64,000 nt of DNA from an uncultured Planctomycetota bacterium (GCA_963845755.1 CAWJTV010000019.1:64001-128000); one strand, 5' to 3'. Positions 10,935 through 23,612 are shown, numbered from the stretch's first letter. Notes: generated from the letters alone by a model not told the origin. Numbers and translations: made by a program.

Positions 10935-12153
10935 TCAGTGAACGATCGTAAATCCGCCGTCGGGCCGGGCGACGACGGTCGCCAGGCCCCAGACGGGCAC
11001 TCCGTTCGCGACCCGGCCCTCCGTCCCGATCGGGCGGCCGGCTCGATCGAAGACCTGCCAGACCAAGGAGCCCCCCTTCTGCCAGCCGGTGCCCTCGGTC
11101 CAGACCAGGATCATCTCACCCCGGGCATTGCCGGCCACGGTCGGATGCTTGCGATCCCCGCGACCACCCGCCGGGGCGATTGGCGACGTCGTTTCGTGCG
11201 ATGTCGGATCGACCCGGCAGAAGTAGACCTGTCCCTGGGTCTCCCAGGCCGCCAGGATGCCCGAGCCCGTCTCGGCGAGCGAGGCGCTGCTCATCGGGCA
11301 CGCGTTCACCTTCCAGGGGTGGACCGAGGCGCCCCGAAAATGGCCACCGTGGTCGTCTGAGGTCAACAGGTAGATGTCCCGCTCGACGTTCCGTGTGGCG
11401 GCTCGGTACAGGACATAGACCGTTCCGCGATGGTCGGCCAACGCGCGCGTGCCGCAGCAACCGCAGGCACCCGTCTCTTGTTCAAGGGCGGGTTGCTCGG
11501 CAGCAAAGGTCGCTCCATCGTCCTTCGAAACGCGCGACCCACATGCGCCGCCCCGACTCACCCGGGACCGAGTCTTCCGTCCGTGCATGCCAGGCCACAT
11601 GGACGTTCCCCTCGCGATCGGCGGCGATCGTCCCGCCTCCGTCGAGGGCGGACGTCCGTTGCATCAGGTTGCGCTGCGGCTCGAAGGCCAGGCCCTGACC
11701 TTGAGTCTCCTGACCCCGCTCCTCGCGAGATCGTGCAAAAAGCATCGGCGAGCCGCCGGGCGGGCTCTTGGGAAGTGCGCGATTCGAACCGTTCCAGGCG
11801 ACGTGGATCCGTCCGACGCGTCCCAGGGCGATCTGACCGCCGCGGATCGTCCCGATCGCGATCGCCGAGCCGGGCTGGCTGTTGACCGGGACCGGCGCGG
11901 CGAAGCGATCCGCGCCCGGCTCGCGGCTGGTATAGAAGAGGTCGCCGCCGGCCGGATCTCCCTTGTAGAAGAGCAGGTGGATCACGCCTCGATCGTCGAT
12001 CACGGCCTGGGGCTGGATGCCCCCGTCGGGCGTCTCGAGCACCGTCACACGACCGGGGCCGCGCGCTTCATCGGCCCCAACGGGGCACCCCAGCAAGGCG
12101 CCGAATGTTGTGAGCATCAGGAAGCCGAACCGGGATCGGATTGATCGCATCAT
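10935..12153 (-). CDS. Secreted BNR/sialidase-like beta-propeller protein, frameshift near 11525
   Basis: Signal peptide; Asp-box-like SKDDGATF and SDDHGGHF; GACGCCG and WKVNACPMS motifs. Confidence 0.7.
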
Positions 12154-12181
12154 ACTATTTCCTTTTGATATTTATGATATT

Positions 12182-13667
12182 TTAAATCGTTCCGTGCCCT
12201 GGTCGAGCGACAAGCTCCTTGACCACCCGACCGTGGACATCGGTCAGGCGGAAGTCGCGGCCGGCGTATCGATACGTCAGTTTCTCATGGTCGAAGCCCA
12301 GCAGGTGGAGGATCGTCGCGTGCAGGTCGTGGACGTGGACCTTGTCGGCGACGGCTGCGAATCCGAGCTCGTCGGTGGCGCCGTGGACATATCCGCCGCG
12401 CAGCGCCGCCGCCGGCCATCCACATCGAGAACCCATAGTGGTTGTGATCGCGGCCCGAGAGCGCCGGCAGCTCGGCGACGGGCGTCCGGCCGAACTCGCC
12501 GCCCCAGATCACCAGCACCTGATCGAACAGCCCGCGCTGTTTCAGATCGGCCAGGAACGCGGCAATGGCCCGGTCCCACTCGGCGGCGAGCTGCCGGTGG
12601 TGGGCCGCGAGGTTCTCGTGATCGTCCCAGGGCTGGCTGGCGCCGCTCCAGACCTGGATGAACCGCACGCCGCGCTCGAGTAGCCGGCGGGTGATCAGGA
12701 GCTGTCGGGCCTGTGTGCCGGGGCCGTACAAGGCGCGGATCGACTCGGGCTCGCGATTGATATCGAAGGCGTCGGCCGCCTCGCCTTGCATGCGATAGGC
12801 CAGCTCAAACGATTGAATCCGCGCCTCGAGCGCCGGGTCGTGCGGCCGGATCGCCGCATGACGCTCGTTGAGCCCGCGCACCAGGTCGAGCTGCCTTCGC
12901 TGTTCGTCCAGGGGCATCGCGGTGTTGCGGATGTTCTCGATCAGCTTGTCAACGGTCGTGTGCTGGGTGTCGATGTACGTCCCCTGGTAGGCGCCGGGGA
13001 GGAACGCCGTGCGCCAGTTCTGGGTCGCGACGATCGGATAGCCGCCCGGGCACATCGCGATGAAGCCGGGGAGATTCTGGTTCTCCGAGCCCAGCCCGTA
13101 GGTGATCCAGGCCCCCATGCTGGGGCGCTGCAATCGGCCGTCGCCGCAGTTCATCAGCATCAGCGACGGCTCGTGGTTGGGCACGTCGGCGTACATCGAG
13201 CGGATGATGCACAGGTCGTCGATGTGCTGCTCGGCCGTGCGGGCGAACAGCTCGCTCACGGCGATGCCGCTCTCGCCGTACTCTCGGAACCGGAACGGAG
13301 AGCCCAGCGCCGCGCCGGTCTTGCGCTCGGTGCGGAGGTTGGGACCCGGCAGCGGCTTCCCGTGGTATTTCGCGAGCAATGGCTTGGGGTCGAACGTATC
13401 GACATGCGACGGGCCGCCGTTCATGAACAGGTGGACGACCTGCCTGGCCTTGCCGGGGAACTGGGGAGGCTTCGGCACCATCGGGCCGAGCGACCGAGAT
13501 GAGGCCGGCGATTCGGCGCGCACGGCAGGAACCAACCCCAGCGAACGGTCATCGGCCAGCACGCCCGCCAGGCCGATCAGCCCGAACCCCATGCCGCACC
13601 GACCGAGCAAATCGCGGCGGGTCAGGGCGGAGCGGGGATCGGTCTCGGGCAGAGAATCGTGCGGCAT
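12182..13667 (-). CDS. DUF1501 family protein (Tat signal), frameshift near 12400
   Basis: [58 protein letters not shown]. Confidence 0.92.
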
Positions 13668-13690
13668 GGCGGATTTCCTTCAGCTTCCCA

Positions 13691-14476
13691 TCAAGTACGC
13701 AATCCTGCGGCACGGAGGCGCTCGTCGACCCAGGCGGCTTGCTCGGCCGAGAGAGGCCCACCGGGAGATTGAGTGTAGTCGATCTCCAGGTTGTAATCGC
13801 TGAGATCGTAGACTGTCGTCAGCGCGAGTTGTAGGTCCAGGAAGACGTCGGCGTCTCCTGGAAGGAGAGGTACGGGGATCGTCGGTAATGGCTGGTCGAG
13901 GAGGATCGGCCAAACGTCTGTCTCCGGCTGGATCTCGAAGCGACCGACGTAAACATAGTAGGGGGCCGGTGGGAGGGGCCACGTCCTGGGGATGCGTCGT
14001 CCCGAGCGGAGGAAATCGATCTCGATGAGATGGGATCGACTGTGCAGGATTCGGCGTCGTTTCGCTAGATACTCATCGCGCCCTTCTCCCCGCTTGTTCG
14101 TCGGTGATAAGATCTCGATCGACGTGACCAGCCGCCGCTCGAGTCGGTCACGTATCTCCACCGAGAAGTGGATAATCGATTCGGGTATCTCCGTGGGAAT
14201 GCGCACCGGGACCGTGGCGACACCAAGACCTCCGGCTCGATTCGGTTGTGATAAGGGCCTAGACTCGACGACGGCGATATCAGGAAACTCCGAGGGCTTT
14301 GTCGTCCCGGCAGCAACGGTAATCTCCGTGAAGAATCGCTCCGTAAATCGTGCCATATAGCGCGGCCGAAGCTTCGGGCCCAACTGTCGCGCGATCTCCG
14401 AGCAGAGCTGACCGTGGAGGTTCATCCAGGTCGATCTCTCGAGATACGGATCCATCCCCGGAAACGGTGATGGCAT
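13691..14476 (-). CDS. DUF4058 family protein
   Basis: Diagnostic start MPSPFPGMDPYLE; IEILSPTNK, HLIEIDFLRSG, LPTIPVPL. Confidence 0.9.
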   Translation of the reverse strand: MPSPFPGMDPYLERSTWMNLHGQLCSEIARQLGPKLRPRYMARFTERFFTEITVAAGTTKPSEFPDIAVVESRPLSQPNRAGGLGVATVPVRIPTEIPESIIHFSVEIRDRLERRLVTSIEILSPTNKRGEGRDEYLAKRRRILHSRSHLIEIDFLRSGRRIPRTWPLPPAPYYVYVGRFEIQPETDVWPILLDQPLPTIPVPLLPGDADVFLDLQLALTTVYDLSDYNLEIDYTQSPGGPLSAEQAAWVDERLRAAGLRT

Positions 14477-14496
14477 GAGTCACGCTCCTTTGGGCT

Positions 14497-15636
14497 TCAG
14501 ACCCTCAAGAAGATCCGGTTCCGGTAGAGGTGGAGCAGGAATAGCCACTCGATCACGAGGGCGCCGATCGGCACGACGGCCGGCCCGAACGATCCCGAGC
14601 GACCGGCGACGCCGCCGAGGAGCCGATCCGCGATCACGTCGAAGGGGATGATCTCCTTGGCGATATAAATTGTGATCGCGTTGACGCCGATCACCACGAA
14701 GAAGAATGCCCAGGCGCGGAGGCCGATCGCGTCGATGATCGTGTAGAAGAGGGCCAGCAACAACAGGCTCCAGCCGCCCGCGACCAGGACATACGAGCTG
14801 GTCCAGAGGATCTTGATGATCGGGAACTGCTGGGCCCACAGCAGGCCCAAACCCAGGCAAGCCAGTCCTGCGAGCACCAGACCGAACGCCTTGATCCAGC
14901 GATTGCGGCCCACGAGCAGCCAGTGGCCGGCCAGCATGCCGAGAAGCGTGGTGGCCACCGCCGGGATCGTCGAGAGCAGCCCCTCGTTGTCGCCGAAGCC
15001 GTAGAAGGATTTATAGATCTTGCCGGGGAGATAATGCCGATCGAGGTAGCCGGCGAGGTTCGTCTGCATCGTGAGATCGCCGGCCTTCGAATCCGGCGAG
15101 GGCACGTACATCAAGATGGCCCAGTAGCCCAGCAGGATCGCGACGAACAGGATCGCCTGGGTGCGGACCCTCGTGAACAGGAAGATCAGCGCGGCGATCC
15201 CGTAACAGATGGCGATCCGCTGCAAGACCCCCGTGACCCGGAGATTCGCGAAGTCAAATCTCAACAGATTATTATAAATCAGGCCCAGCAGGAACAGCAG
15301 CACGACCCGCCGCGCCGTTCGGCCCAGGGCCGCACTCCTGGGATGATCGCCCGTCTGGTACTTCCGCAACGAGAACGGCAGGACCACCCCGACCAGGAAC
15401 AGGAACAGCGGGAAGATCAGGTCGTAGAACCGGAACCCCTCCCACTCGACGTGCTCGAACTGGTCGCCGAGCCGCAGGGCTTCCGGCGTGCCCCACCACT
15501 TGCACAACGCCCGCGCGACCTCGTCGCCGCCGACGATCCAGAACATGTCGAAGCCGCGCAGGGCGTCGATCGACGTCAGGCGCTCACGAGGCGCGACGTC
15601 GGGCTTTTCGGGGAGATCGTCGGAAACCGTGGTCAT
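14497..15636 (-). CDS. NagX/DUF5009-like membrane acyltransferase (HGSNAT-like)
   Basis: RLTSIDALRGFDMFWI, HVEWEG..YDLIFPLFLFLVG, GVLQRIA, DNEGLLSTIPA, PIIKILWTSS. Confidence 0.88.
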   Translation of the reverse strand: MTTVSDDLPEKPDVAPRERLTSIDALRGFDMFWIVGGDEVARALCKWWGTPEALRLGDQFEHVEWEGFRFYDLIFPLFLFLVGVVLPFSLRKYQTGDHPRSAALGRTARRVVLLFLLGLIYNNLLRFDFANLRVTGVLQRIAICYGIAALIFLFTRVRTQAILFVAILLGYWAILMYVPSPDSKAGDLTMQTNLAGYLDRHYLPGKIYKSFYGFGDNEGLLSTIPAVATTLLGMLAGHWLLVGRNRWIKAFGLVLAGLACLGLGLLWAQQFPIIKILWTSSYVLVAGGWSLLLLALFYTIIDAIGLRAWAFFFVVIGVNAITIYIAKEIIPFDVIADRLLGGVAGRSGSFGPAVVPIGALVIEWLFLLHLYRNRIFLRV

Positions 15637-15745
15637 GGGTCCTCCTGTTTTCGAGAGGGGCCGAATCGCGGGCGCGGATTTCGAGAGTTCCATCATAGAC
15701 GATCCGACCGGGCTTCCAAAGATTGGATACCCGAACGTCTCCTCT

Positions 15746-18680
15746 TCAATCCACGAACACGAACTCATTGGCCATCAGGAGCGCCTGGGCCAGCTCGCGC
15801 AGGGGTCCGAGCCGGCGGGGTGCGTTGCCGCCAGGAAGTCGCGCGCTAGCCTGACCTCGTCGGCGGTCGGGGCGCGGGCGTAGATCAGGCGATAGAGCGG
15901 ATCGAGCCTGGCGTCGGAATCACACGTTGCAACGACCTCGGGACGGGAGAGGATCGCTCGCGCGGCGTCGATCGCGAACGGGTGGTTCATGAGGAACAAC
16001 GCCTGGGGCGCGATGGTCGTCTGGTCGCGCCGGGGACTGGTTGCATTCGGGTCGGGGAAGTCGAACGTGCGATAGACGCCCGGCAGGTTGAGTCGGTCGA
16101 TGGAGCCATAGAGGGTCCGACGATGGGCGTCAGTGCCGGTCAGGCTGGGCATGGGCGGTCCGCCGATGCGGCCGTCGAGCCTTCCGGCGACGGCGAGTAT
16201 CGCGTCGCGGGTGGCCTCGAAGTCGAGCCGGCGGCGGTTCGTCCGCCAGTAGAGCGCGTTCTCGGGGTCGACCGCGCGGGCCTCGGGCCGATCGTCGCTC
16301 CGCTGCTGGTAGACGGATGAGAGCATGATCCGGCGATGGAGCTTCTTGATCGACCAGCCGTCGGCCATGAACCGCGCGGCCAGGTGGTCGAGCAGCTCGG
16401 GATGTGTGGGCGGGTCGCTGCGCAGGCCGAAGTCGCCCGGCGTGGCGACCAGGGGGGTGCCGAAGTGGTGCATCCAGACGCGGTTGACCAGCGCGCGAGC
16501 CGTCAGCGGGTTGTCCCTCGAGGCGATCGCCCGGGCGAGCTCGAGCCGGCCGCTGACGTCGCGGAACGGTTGTCGATCGGGACCGGACAGCACGGCGAGG
16601 AACCGTCGCGGCACGCGCTCGCCCAGGTTATTGGGATTACCGCGGATGAAGACCTGCGGCTCGACCGGCGTGGGTGAATCCTCCAGGGTCAGCGCTCGCG
16701 CCGGCGCGCCGGGCCCTTCGGTCAGCCATTTCTGCAGGGCGTTCCGCAGCTCCTGGAGCTTGGCCTGCGAGGGACGGTCGGGCAAGAGCGCGAGTTCGCC
16801 GAAGGGATCCATCGGGACTTCGGGTGGACTGTCCGGACCGTGGAACACCTGTCGTAGCGATTCGAGTGCCGACGCGGGGAGCGGGCCGGGCGATCGCCTC
16901 TCGAGCGATGCGCGACGGGCCGCGTCTTGCCAGAGCACCTCGACGTGGTTGAGCACCTCGCCATAGATCCGCGCAACCTCGGCCAACGACCGGGGCGATG
17001 CTTCGAGCAGGGCCCGCACGACGAGCGGATTGACCGGACGAGCGGCCGACGAGCGGCCGTCACCGGCCTCGGCCGCAAACCCGGCGATCAACGGGCCCGA
17101 TCGTATCGCGAACTCGGTCTTCGGCAGTGCCGACAGGGCGTGCCACGGCGCGAAGACCGGGTCGTGCCCTTTGCGGTTCCGCAACAGATAGACCTGCCAG
17201 CGCACCAGCATCGCCGGGTTCAGGTCGGTCCCGTCGGCGATCAGCATGAAGTCCTCGGTTGTGGGCTGGTCGAGTGCTTGCTGGGCGGCCAGGAGGTAAT
17301 CGCCGGCCCGCCGCTTCGCGGTCTTGACGAGCTCGCGATGCTTGGTCGTCACGAACTCGGCCAGCTTCTGCTGTCGCGTGCGAAGCTCCCGGACGAACGT
17401 CTCATGGACCGCGGTGTGCGGCGGGTCGGCGGCCTCCGGCGGGATCATCGGCTCCCGGGCACCGGCCATCACGCCGTAGAGGGCGTAATAGTCGCTTGTC
17501 GGGATCGGGTCGAACTTGTGATCATGACATCGTGCGCAAGTGACCGTCAGGCTCATGAGTCCGCGACAAACGACGTCGATCCGGTCATCGATCACGTCGT
17601 GGAAGTTGCCCATGAACCGTCCGCCCACGGTGAGATACCCCAGCGCGGCGAGAGGGGGCCGACTCGCCCTCGTCTCCATCGGCAGCCGGTCGGCCGCGAG
17701 CTGTTCCAGGATGAACCGATGGTAGGGCAGGTCGCGGTTGAAGGCGGAAACGACGTAGTCGCGATAGGTATAGGCCCAGTGGAAGTCGGCATCCTGGAAG
17801 AAGACATAGCCCTTGGTGTCGGCGTATCGGGCGACGTCGAGCCAGTAACGCCCCCAGCGTTCGCCGTATCGCGGCGAAGCCAGCAGGCGATCGATCAGCC
17901 GTCCGAAGGCATCGGGCGAATCGTCGGCCTCGAAGGCCGCGACCTCGCCGGGTGCCGGCGGCAGACCGGTCAGGTCGAAGGTGGCGCGTCGGATCAAGGT
18001 CCGCTTGTCGGCCCGCGGCGACGGTGCGAGCCCCCGGCTCTCGAGCCGGGCCAGGATGAACCGGTCGAACCGGATCCTCGGGCCAGGTGCCGTCGCGGAC
18101 CGCCGGAGTGGCCGGGACCTGGACCGGCCGGAACGCCCAGTGGCGCCGCCGAGACGGTTGCGACCGCCGTCGCGCCGTCGCGTCCCGCGTCCGGCGGCGA
18201 TGCCGTCCGAGAGATCTCCGGCCAGGGGGACCCGATCCGGACCCATGCCGTCAGGTCGTCGATCGCTGGCTGGGGCAGTCTGGTCTTGGGGGGCATCTTG
18301 ATCGTCGAGTTGTACCGGATCGCATCGATGAGCGGGCTCTCCTCGGGCCGGCCCGGCACCACCACAGGCCCGGCATCGGTCCCCGTCCGCACGCCCTCCG
18401 GCGAGTCGAGCCGCAGGCCCGATTCCTGCTTCCGAGGCCCGTGACACCGGTAACAATGCTCCGCCAGGACCGGACGAATCCGGGCCTCGAAGAACTCGGC
18501 GTGCCGGGCCGAGTCCGCGCGGGGCGGGACTCCACCCCGGGACCGATCCGCCTCGTCACCGGCGCCGGCCACCGATCCCCACACGATCGCGCAGGCCGCG
18601 AAAATCGGAAAGATCCTCGCAAGATACGCGACGTCCGACCATTGTTGAACTCTGATGTGCTCGTTCACATGATCGCCCAT
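15746..18680 (-). CDS. Planctomycete cytochrome c / DUF1549 / DUF1553 (PSD1) protein, frameshifts near 18100 and 15800
   Basis: FFEARIRPVLAEHCYRCHG, YGERWGRYWLDVARYADT, CARCHDHKFDPI, NPLTARALVNRVWMHHFG; corrected C-terminus LAQALLMANEFVFVD*. Confidence 0.9.
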
Positions 18681-18695
18681 TCGATGGTCTGGGAG

Positions 18696-20108
18696 TCAGG
18701 CCAGGACCTCCCGGACGACATTGCCGGACACGTCGGTCAGCCGGTAATCCCGGCCGGCGTGGCGATAGGTCAACCTGGTGTGATCGAGGCCCATCAGGTG
18801 CAGGATCGTGGCGTGGAAGTCGTGGACGTGGACCGGGTCCCTGGCCACGCGGACGCCATACTCGTCGGTCTCGCCGTGGACGACGCCGGGTTTCACGCCG
18901 GCTCCCGCGAGCCACGAGCTGAAGGCCCAGTTGTGATGTTCGCGTCCCTTGGCATCGGCGAGGTTGTTGAAGGGGGTGCGGCCGAACTCGGTCGTCCAGA
19001 CGACCAGCGTTTCCTCGAGCAATCCGCGCAATTTGAGGTCTTTCAGCAGGCCGGCGATGGGCCGGTCGACATTTTGGGCGAGTCGCGCGTGATCCATCAT
19101 ATCGCCGTGCGAGTCCCAGTTGCCCGAGGACCCGGTATCGATCAGCTCGACGAATCGCACGCCGCGCTCGATCAGGCGACGGGCGACCAGGCATTGCCAG
19201 GCGAAGCCCTGCGTGCCGCCGGGGGGAAGGCCGTACAGCGCGAGGGTCGCCGGAGATTCCCGGCTGAGATCGAACGCCTCCGGAACGGACATCTGCATCC
19301 CGAACGCCGTCTCGAACGATCGGATCCGGGCCGCCAGCAGCGGGTCGTCGGCACAATGGGCCAGGTGTCGCCGATTGAGCCGCGCCATCGCCGCGAGCTC
19401 GAGCTCCTGACGGTTCAGGTCGGTGCGCGGTGCGATGTTCGCCACCGGTTCCGGGCCGGGGACGACGAGCGTCCCCTGGTGCGCACCGGGCAGGAAATCA
19501 CTGGCATAAACCTGCGTTCCCGCGTAGGTCTGGGCCGGCGCGATGACCAGGAACGAGGGTAAGTCGCGGTTCTCCGTGCCCAACCCGTAGCTGACCCAGG
19601 CGCCCAGGCTCGGCCGCGCGAAGGCGAACGAGCCCGTGTGCATCCCCAGCGTCGCGTTGTAGTGGTTCGAGTGATCGGTGTGCATCGACCGGATCAGGGC
19701 GATGTCGTCAACGCAGCCGGCGACGTGGGGGAACAGCGTGCTGACCTCCGTCCCACTCTCGCCATGATGGCGGAACTCCCACTGCGGGTGCTTGAGAAAG
19801 ATTCGCTCGTACCCGGGCCGGTTGCGGATCTCGGGGTGGTCGAGCTTGATTTCCTTGCCCACGTCCGCGCACAGGCGCGGCTTGGGATCGAACGTGTCGA
19901 CGTGGGACACGCCACCGGTCATGAACAGGAAGATGACGTTCTTGGCCTTGGCCGGAAAGTGGGGCGCCTTGGGGGCCAGCGGGTCGCCGGGTCCGGCCTC
20001 GCCGGCGAGCAGTTGCTGGAGGATCCCGGGCATCAACAGCGAGCCGGCGACGAACGAACGCAACACCTCGCGACGAGGCAACCCGGAGCTCGAGCGTTCA
20101 GTCCACAT
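18696..20108 (-). CDS. DUF1501 family protein
   Basis: [62 protein letters not shown]; overlaps the upstream gene's stop. Confidence 0.93.
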   Translation of the reverse strand: MWTERSSSGLPRREVLRSFVAGSLLMPGILQQLLAGEAGPGDPLAPKAPHFPAKAKNVIFLFMTGGVSHVDTFDPKPRLCADVGKEIKLDHPEIRNRPGYERIFLKHPQWEFRHHGESGTEVSTLFPHVAGCVDDIALIRSMHTDHSNHYNATLGMHTGSFAFARPSLGAWVSYGLGTENRDLPSFLVIAPAQTYAGTQVYASDFLPGAHQGTLVVPGPEPVANIAPRTDLNRQELELAAMARLNRRHLAHCADDPLLAARIRSFETAFGMQMSVPEAFDLSRESPATLALYGLPPGGTQGFAWQCLVARRLIERGVRFVELIDTGSSGNWDSHGDMMDHARLAQNVDRPIAGLLKDLKLRGLLEETLVVWTTEFGRTPFNNLADAKGREHHNWAFSSWLAGAGVKPGVVHGETDEYGVRVARDPVHVHDFHATILHLMGLDHTRLTYRHAGRDYRLTDVSGNVVREVLA

Positions 20109-22288
20109 GAAACACCTCGTTGCAGCCGAAGAGGACTCGTGCGTACGCTTCCCAGGCTTCGACGCCCCGCTGATCTTGCGGTCGATCGGCGACCATGGTC
20201 GCATACTCCTGGAGGAACGACCGCGCCTCGGTCCGCTCGTCCTCGGTCGGGTCGCGACCGAGCAAGACCTGGTAGGCGAAGTCCAGCCGTGCGCGCTCGC
20301 CGGGCGCGGATGCCCGGATGCGAGCGGCGAATCGGGCGGCTCGCGCATGGAGGAACGGATCGTTCATGAAGAAGAGGGCCTGGGTCGGGACCGTCGTGAC
20401 ATCCCGCCGCGGCGTGCTCTCGTTGGGGTCGGGACCGTCGAAGAGCGCGAAGAACCGGCTACGCCGATTCCGTTTCTGCATCAGGTAGATGCTCCGCTTG
20501 CGGGTCTCATATTCGGCGGCGAACGGATCGTGCTGCGTGAAGTGCCAGGTGGCTTCGGGCGGGAACGGATGCGCCGCGCCGGGGGTTGTCTCCAGCTCAC
20601 CACCGGCGGCGAGCAGGGTGTCGCGCAGCTCCTCGGCCGAGAGCCGTCGTCGGGCGAAGGAGTCGTACCAGGGCGAAGGCTCGGACGAGATCGACGCTTG
20701 CTGGTAGGTCGCACTGAGCAGGATCTCGCGGTGGAGGGCCTTGAGGCTCCATCCGGACTCGATGAACTGACTCGCCAGATCGTCGAGGAGTTCGGGGTGC
20801 GTCGGTCTGGCGCCTCGGGTGCCGAAGTCGTTGGGCGTCATGACCAGTCCGCGGCCGAAATGCCAGTGCCAGACGCGATTGACGATCACGCGGGCCGTGA
20901 GGGGGTTCGTGGGATCGGTCAACCACTGCGCCAGCTCCAGGCGGCCGCTGGTCCTGGTCGCCTGGACCTTCTGGCCGCCGAGCACGTCGGGGAACTTGCG
21001 GGGGACTTCCGGGCCGAGGTCGGCCGGCTCGCCCCGGCGTTGCAGGCGTGTGTTGTGCGGCACGCCTTCGGCCACCGCGTAGGCAACGGCCGGACGTGCC
21101 GCATTGGACGCGGAAGGCGGCAGCGGTACAAGGTCGCGCGGTTGCTGGTTCGGCTCGCAGCCGGGGAAGGCGAACCGCGTGCTTTCGAAGATGCCGTACA
21201 GGCCGTAATAGTCGCGTGCCGACAGCGGATCGTACTTGTGATCGTGACAGCGGCAACAGCCCAGTGTCAGGCCGAGGACCGATCGGCCGAGTGTGTCGAT
21301 CGTATCGGCGTAGGTCAGATGCATGTCCTTGTCGATATCGTGCCCGAACCGCCGGGCGATCGCCAGGTAGCCGGTGGCGATGATCCGGTCGTCCGCTTGT
21401 TCGGGTGGCCCATCCTTGGCGAGCAGGTCGCCGGCAACCTGGTCGCGGATGAACTGGTCGTACGGCTCGTCGTCGTTCAGCGACTGGATCACCCAGTTGC
21501 GATATCGCCAGGCATGCGGAAGCGGGTGATCGGTGTTTTCGCCGGCCGTGTCGGCGTAGCGCACCACATCCAGCCAGTGCCGGCCCCAGTGCTCGCCATA
21601 GTGCGGCGAGTCGAGCAGCCGCTGGACGACGGCCTCGAACGCGTCGGGGCGCGGTGTCGTTTTCGAACGCGGCGATGGCTTCGGGGGTCGGCGGTAGGCC
21701 GGTCAGATCGTAGGTGACGCGCCGGAGCAGTGTCCGCCGATCCGCCGGCATCGTCGGCTTGTGGTCGGCGGACTCCATCCGGGCGAGGATGAATCGGTCG
21801 AGACGCGTCTTGACCCAATCCGCGTCTTTCACGGAGGGCGGCGCCATCGCGCGGATCGGTTGGAAGGCCCAGTGGGGTTCGGACTGGAAGCGTGCGGATG
21901 GCTTCGGCCAGGGCGAGCCGGCCTTGACCCACGCGGTCAGGTCGGTTACCTCACGCGGGGAGAGTGCTTTGTCCGGCGGCATGGCCGAGACGTCCGGGTC
22001 CCTCCGAATCGCCTGGATCAGCAGGCTTTCGGCCGGTTCGTCAACATCGATCGCCGGTCCGCTATCCCCGCCCTCGATCAGGGACGCACGCGTGTCGATG
22101 CGCAGGCCGCCGCTGACTTTCTGCCCGCCGTGGCATCGGAAGCAGGTCCCCGCCAGGATGGGACGAACCCGGTTCTCGAAGTACGATTCCGAGCGAACGT
22201 CGTCCGCGTGCGCGGAGTTCCCAGGGGCTCCGACGACGAGGAGCCCGGCGAGCAGGGCACACACGGCTCGAACGTTCGCGCGCGACAA
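20098..22288 (-). CDS. Planctomycete cytochrome c / DUF1549 / DUF1553 (PSD1) protein, frameshift near 21650
   Basis: GGAGG + TTG start, signal peptide, YFENRVRPILAGTCFRCHG, CCRCHDHKYDP, NPLTARVIVNRVWHWHFG, ending NEVFHVD. Confidence 0.88.
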
Positions 22289-22290
22289 GA

Positions 22291-23595
22291 CTAGACCTCC
22301 GAGAGCGGCTCGGTCGCGTCGCCGAAGCGGTCGAGGTGGACGTTCATCTTGTCCGTCATCGACAGGAAGAGACGGCACATCTGGCGGTTCGGATTGTTGC
22401 GATAGTCGAGGACTCGGCCTGCCTGAATTCGGCCTCCGCCACGTCCCAGCAGGATGACGGGCAACTGCGTCGCGTCGTGGCCGCCGTTCAACATGCTCGA
22501 GCAGAACAGCAGCATCGAATTGTCCAGCGCCGTGCGATCGCCTTCTTGAATCGCGTCCAGCCTGCGGGCGATGTAGGCCAGTTGCTCGACGAAGAACTGG
22601 TTCACCTTCAGCCAGTCGGCCGTGTCTGAGTGCGACAGCAGATGATGGATCATGTAATCCACGCCCAGGTGCGGGAACCGTAGCGACGAGTGGTCGTTGT
22701 TCAGTTTGAGCGTGGTGATCCGGGTGGTGTCCGTCTGGAAACCGAGTACAAGGATGTCGCACATCAGCCGCATGTGGTCGGCGATATTCTGCGGAGTGCC
22801 TTCGGGCGGGCGCGGGATGTTCGGCTTGTCGAGCGTGGGTCGCCATCCCTGCAGATGGCCGTCCTTACCGGCATTGGCGATGCGCTGCTCGACGTCGCGG
22901 ACGGAGTCGAGATACTCGTCGAGCTTGCGCTGGTCGCTCGTGCTGATCTGCCTGCGGAGGGCGCTGGCCTCGTTCAAGACGGAATCGAGCACGCTCTCAT
23001 CGCCATGCTGGACCTCGTCCTTGAAGAGCCGATCGAAGGCAAGTGCGGGGTAGAGCTCCAGCGGCGTCGGGGTGGTCGGCGAGCTCCAGGAGATGTGCGA
23101 GCTGTAGAGCATCGAATAGTTCTTGTGGACCGACGGGTTCGACTTCTCGCAGGCCAGCACCAGGCTGGGCACCTTGGTCGACCGGCCGTATTTCTGAGCC
23201 AGCAGTTGATCGACGCTCGTGCCGGAACGGATGTCGCCACCGGAGGCCAGCGGCGCGCCGGAGAGGAGGTTGCCGGTCTGCGAGCTGTGAATGTTGCCCT
23301 TGAGCGCCTCGGCATTGTAGAGGCCGCGGATGAAGAGCAACTTCTCGCGGAAGTCGGTCAGCGGTGCCAGCACCTTGCCGAGCTCCATCCCCTTGCCGGC
23401 TCCCTTGGCCCACCACTCCTTGCTGTGAAACCCGTTGCCGGCAAAGAGCACGGCCAGCCGGACGGGGGCCTCGCTGGCCTTGCGGGTACCCCGGGCTTCG
23501 TCGCCCCACACGTTGAGTGACTCGAGCCAGGGCAGGGCCATGCTCACGCCAAGCCCACGGAGCATCGTTCGGCGGGTGAATCGGTGGGTCGTCAT
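22291..23595 (-). CDS. DUF1552 (HXXSHH) family protein
   Basis: TRRTMLRGLGVSMALPWLESL Tat-like start; HHLLSH motif; LDNSMLLFCSSM; downstream of the DUF1592 gene. Confidence 0.92.
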   Translation of the reverse strand: MTTHRFTRRTMLRGLGVSMALPWLESLNVWGDEARGTRKASEAPVRLAVLFAGNGFHSKEWWAKGAGKGMELGKVLAPLTDFREKLLFIRGLYNAEALKGNIHSSQTGNLLSGAPLASGGDIRSGTSVDQLLAQKYGRSTKVPSLVLACEKSNPSVHKNYSMLYSSHISWSSPTTPTPLELYPALAFDRLFKDEVQHGDESVLDSVLNEASALRRQISTSDQRKLDEYLDSVRDVEQRIANAGKDGHLQGWRPTLDKPNIPRPPEGTPQNIADHMRLMCDILVLGFQTDTTRITTLKLNNDHSSLRFPHLGVDYMIHHLLSHSDTADWLKVNQFFVEQLAYIARRLDAIQEGDRTALDNSMLLFCSSMLNGGHDATQLPVILLGRGGGRIQAGRVLDYRNNPNRQMCRLFLSMTDKMNVHLDRFGDATEPLSEV

Positions 23596-23612
23596 CGTGG
23601 TCTCCTGTCACA

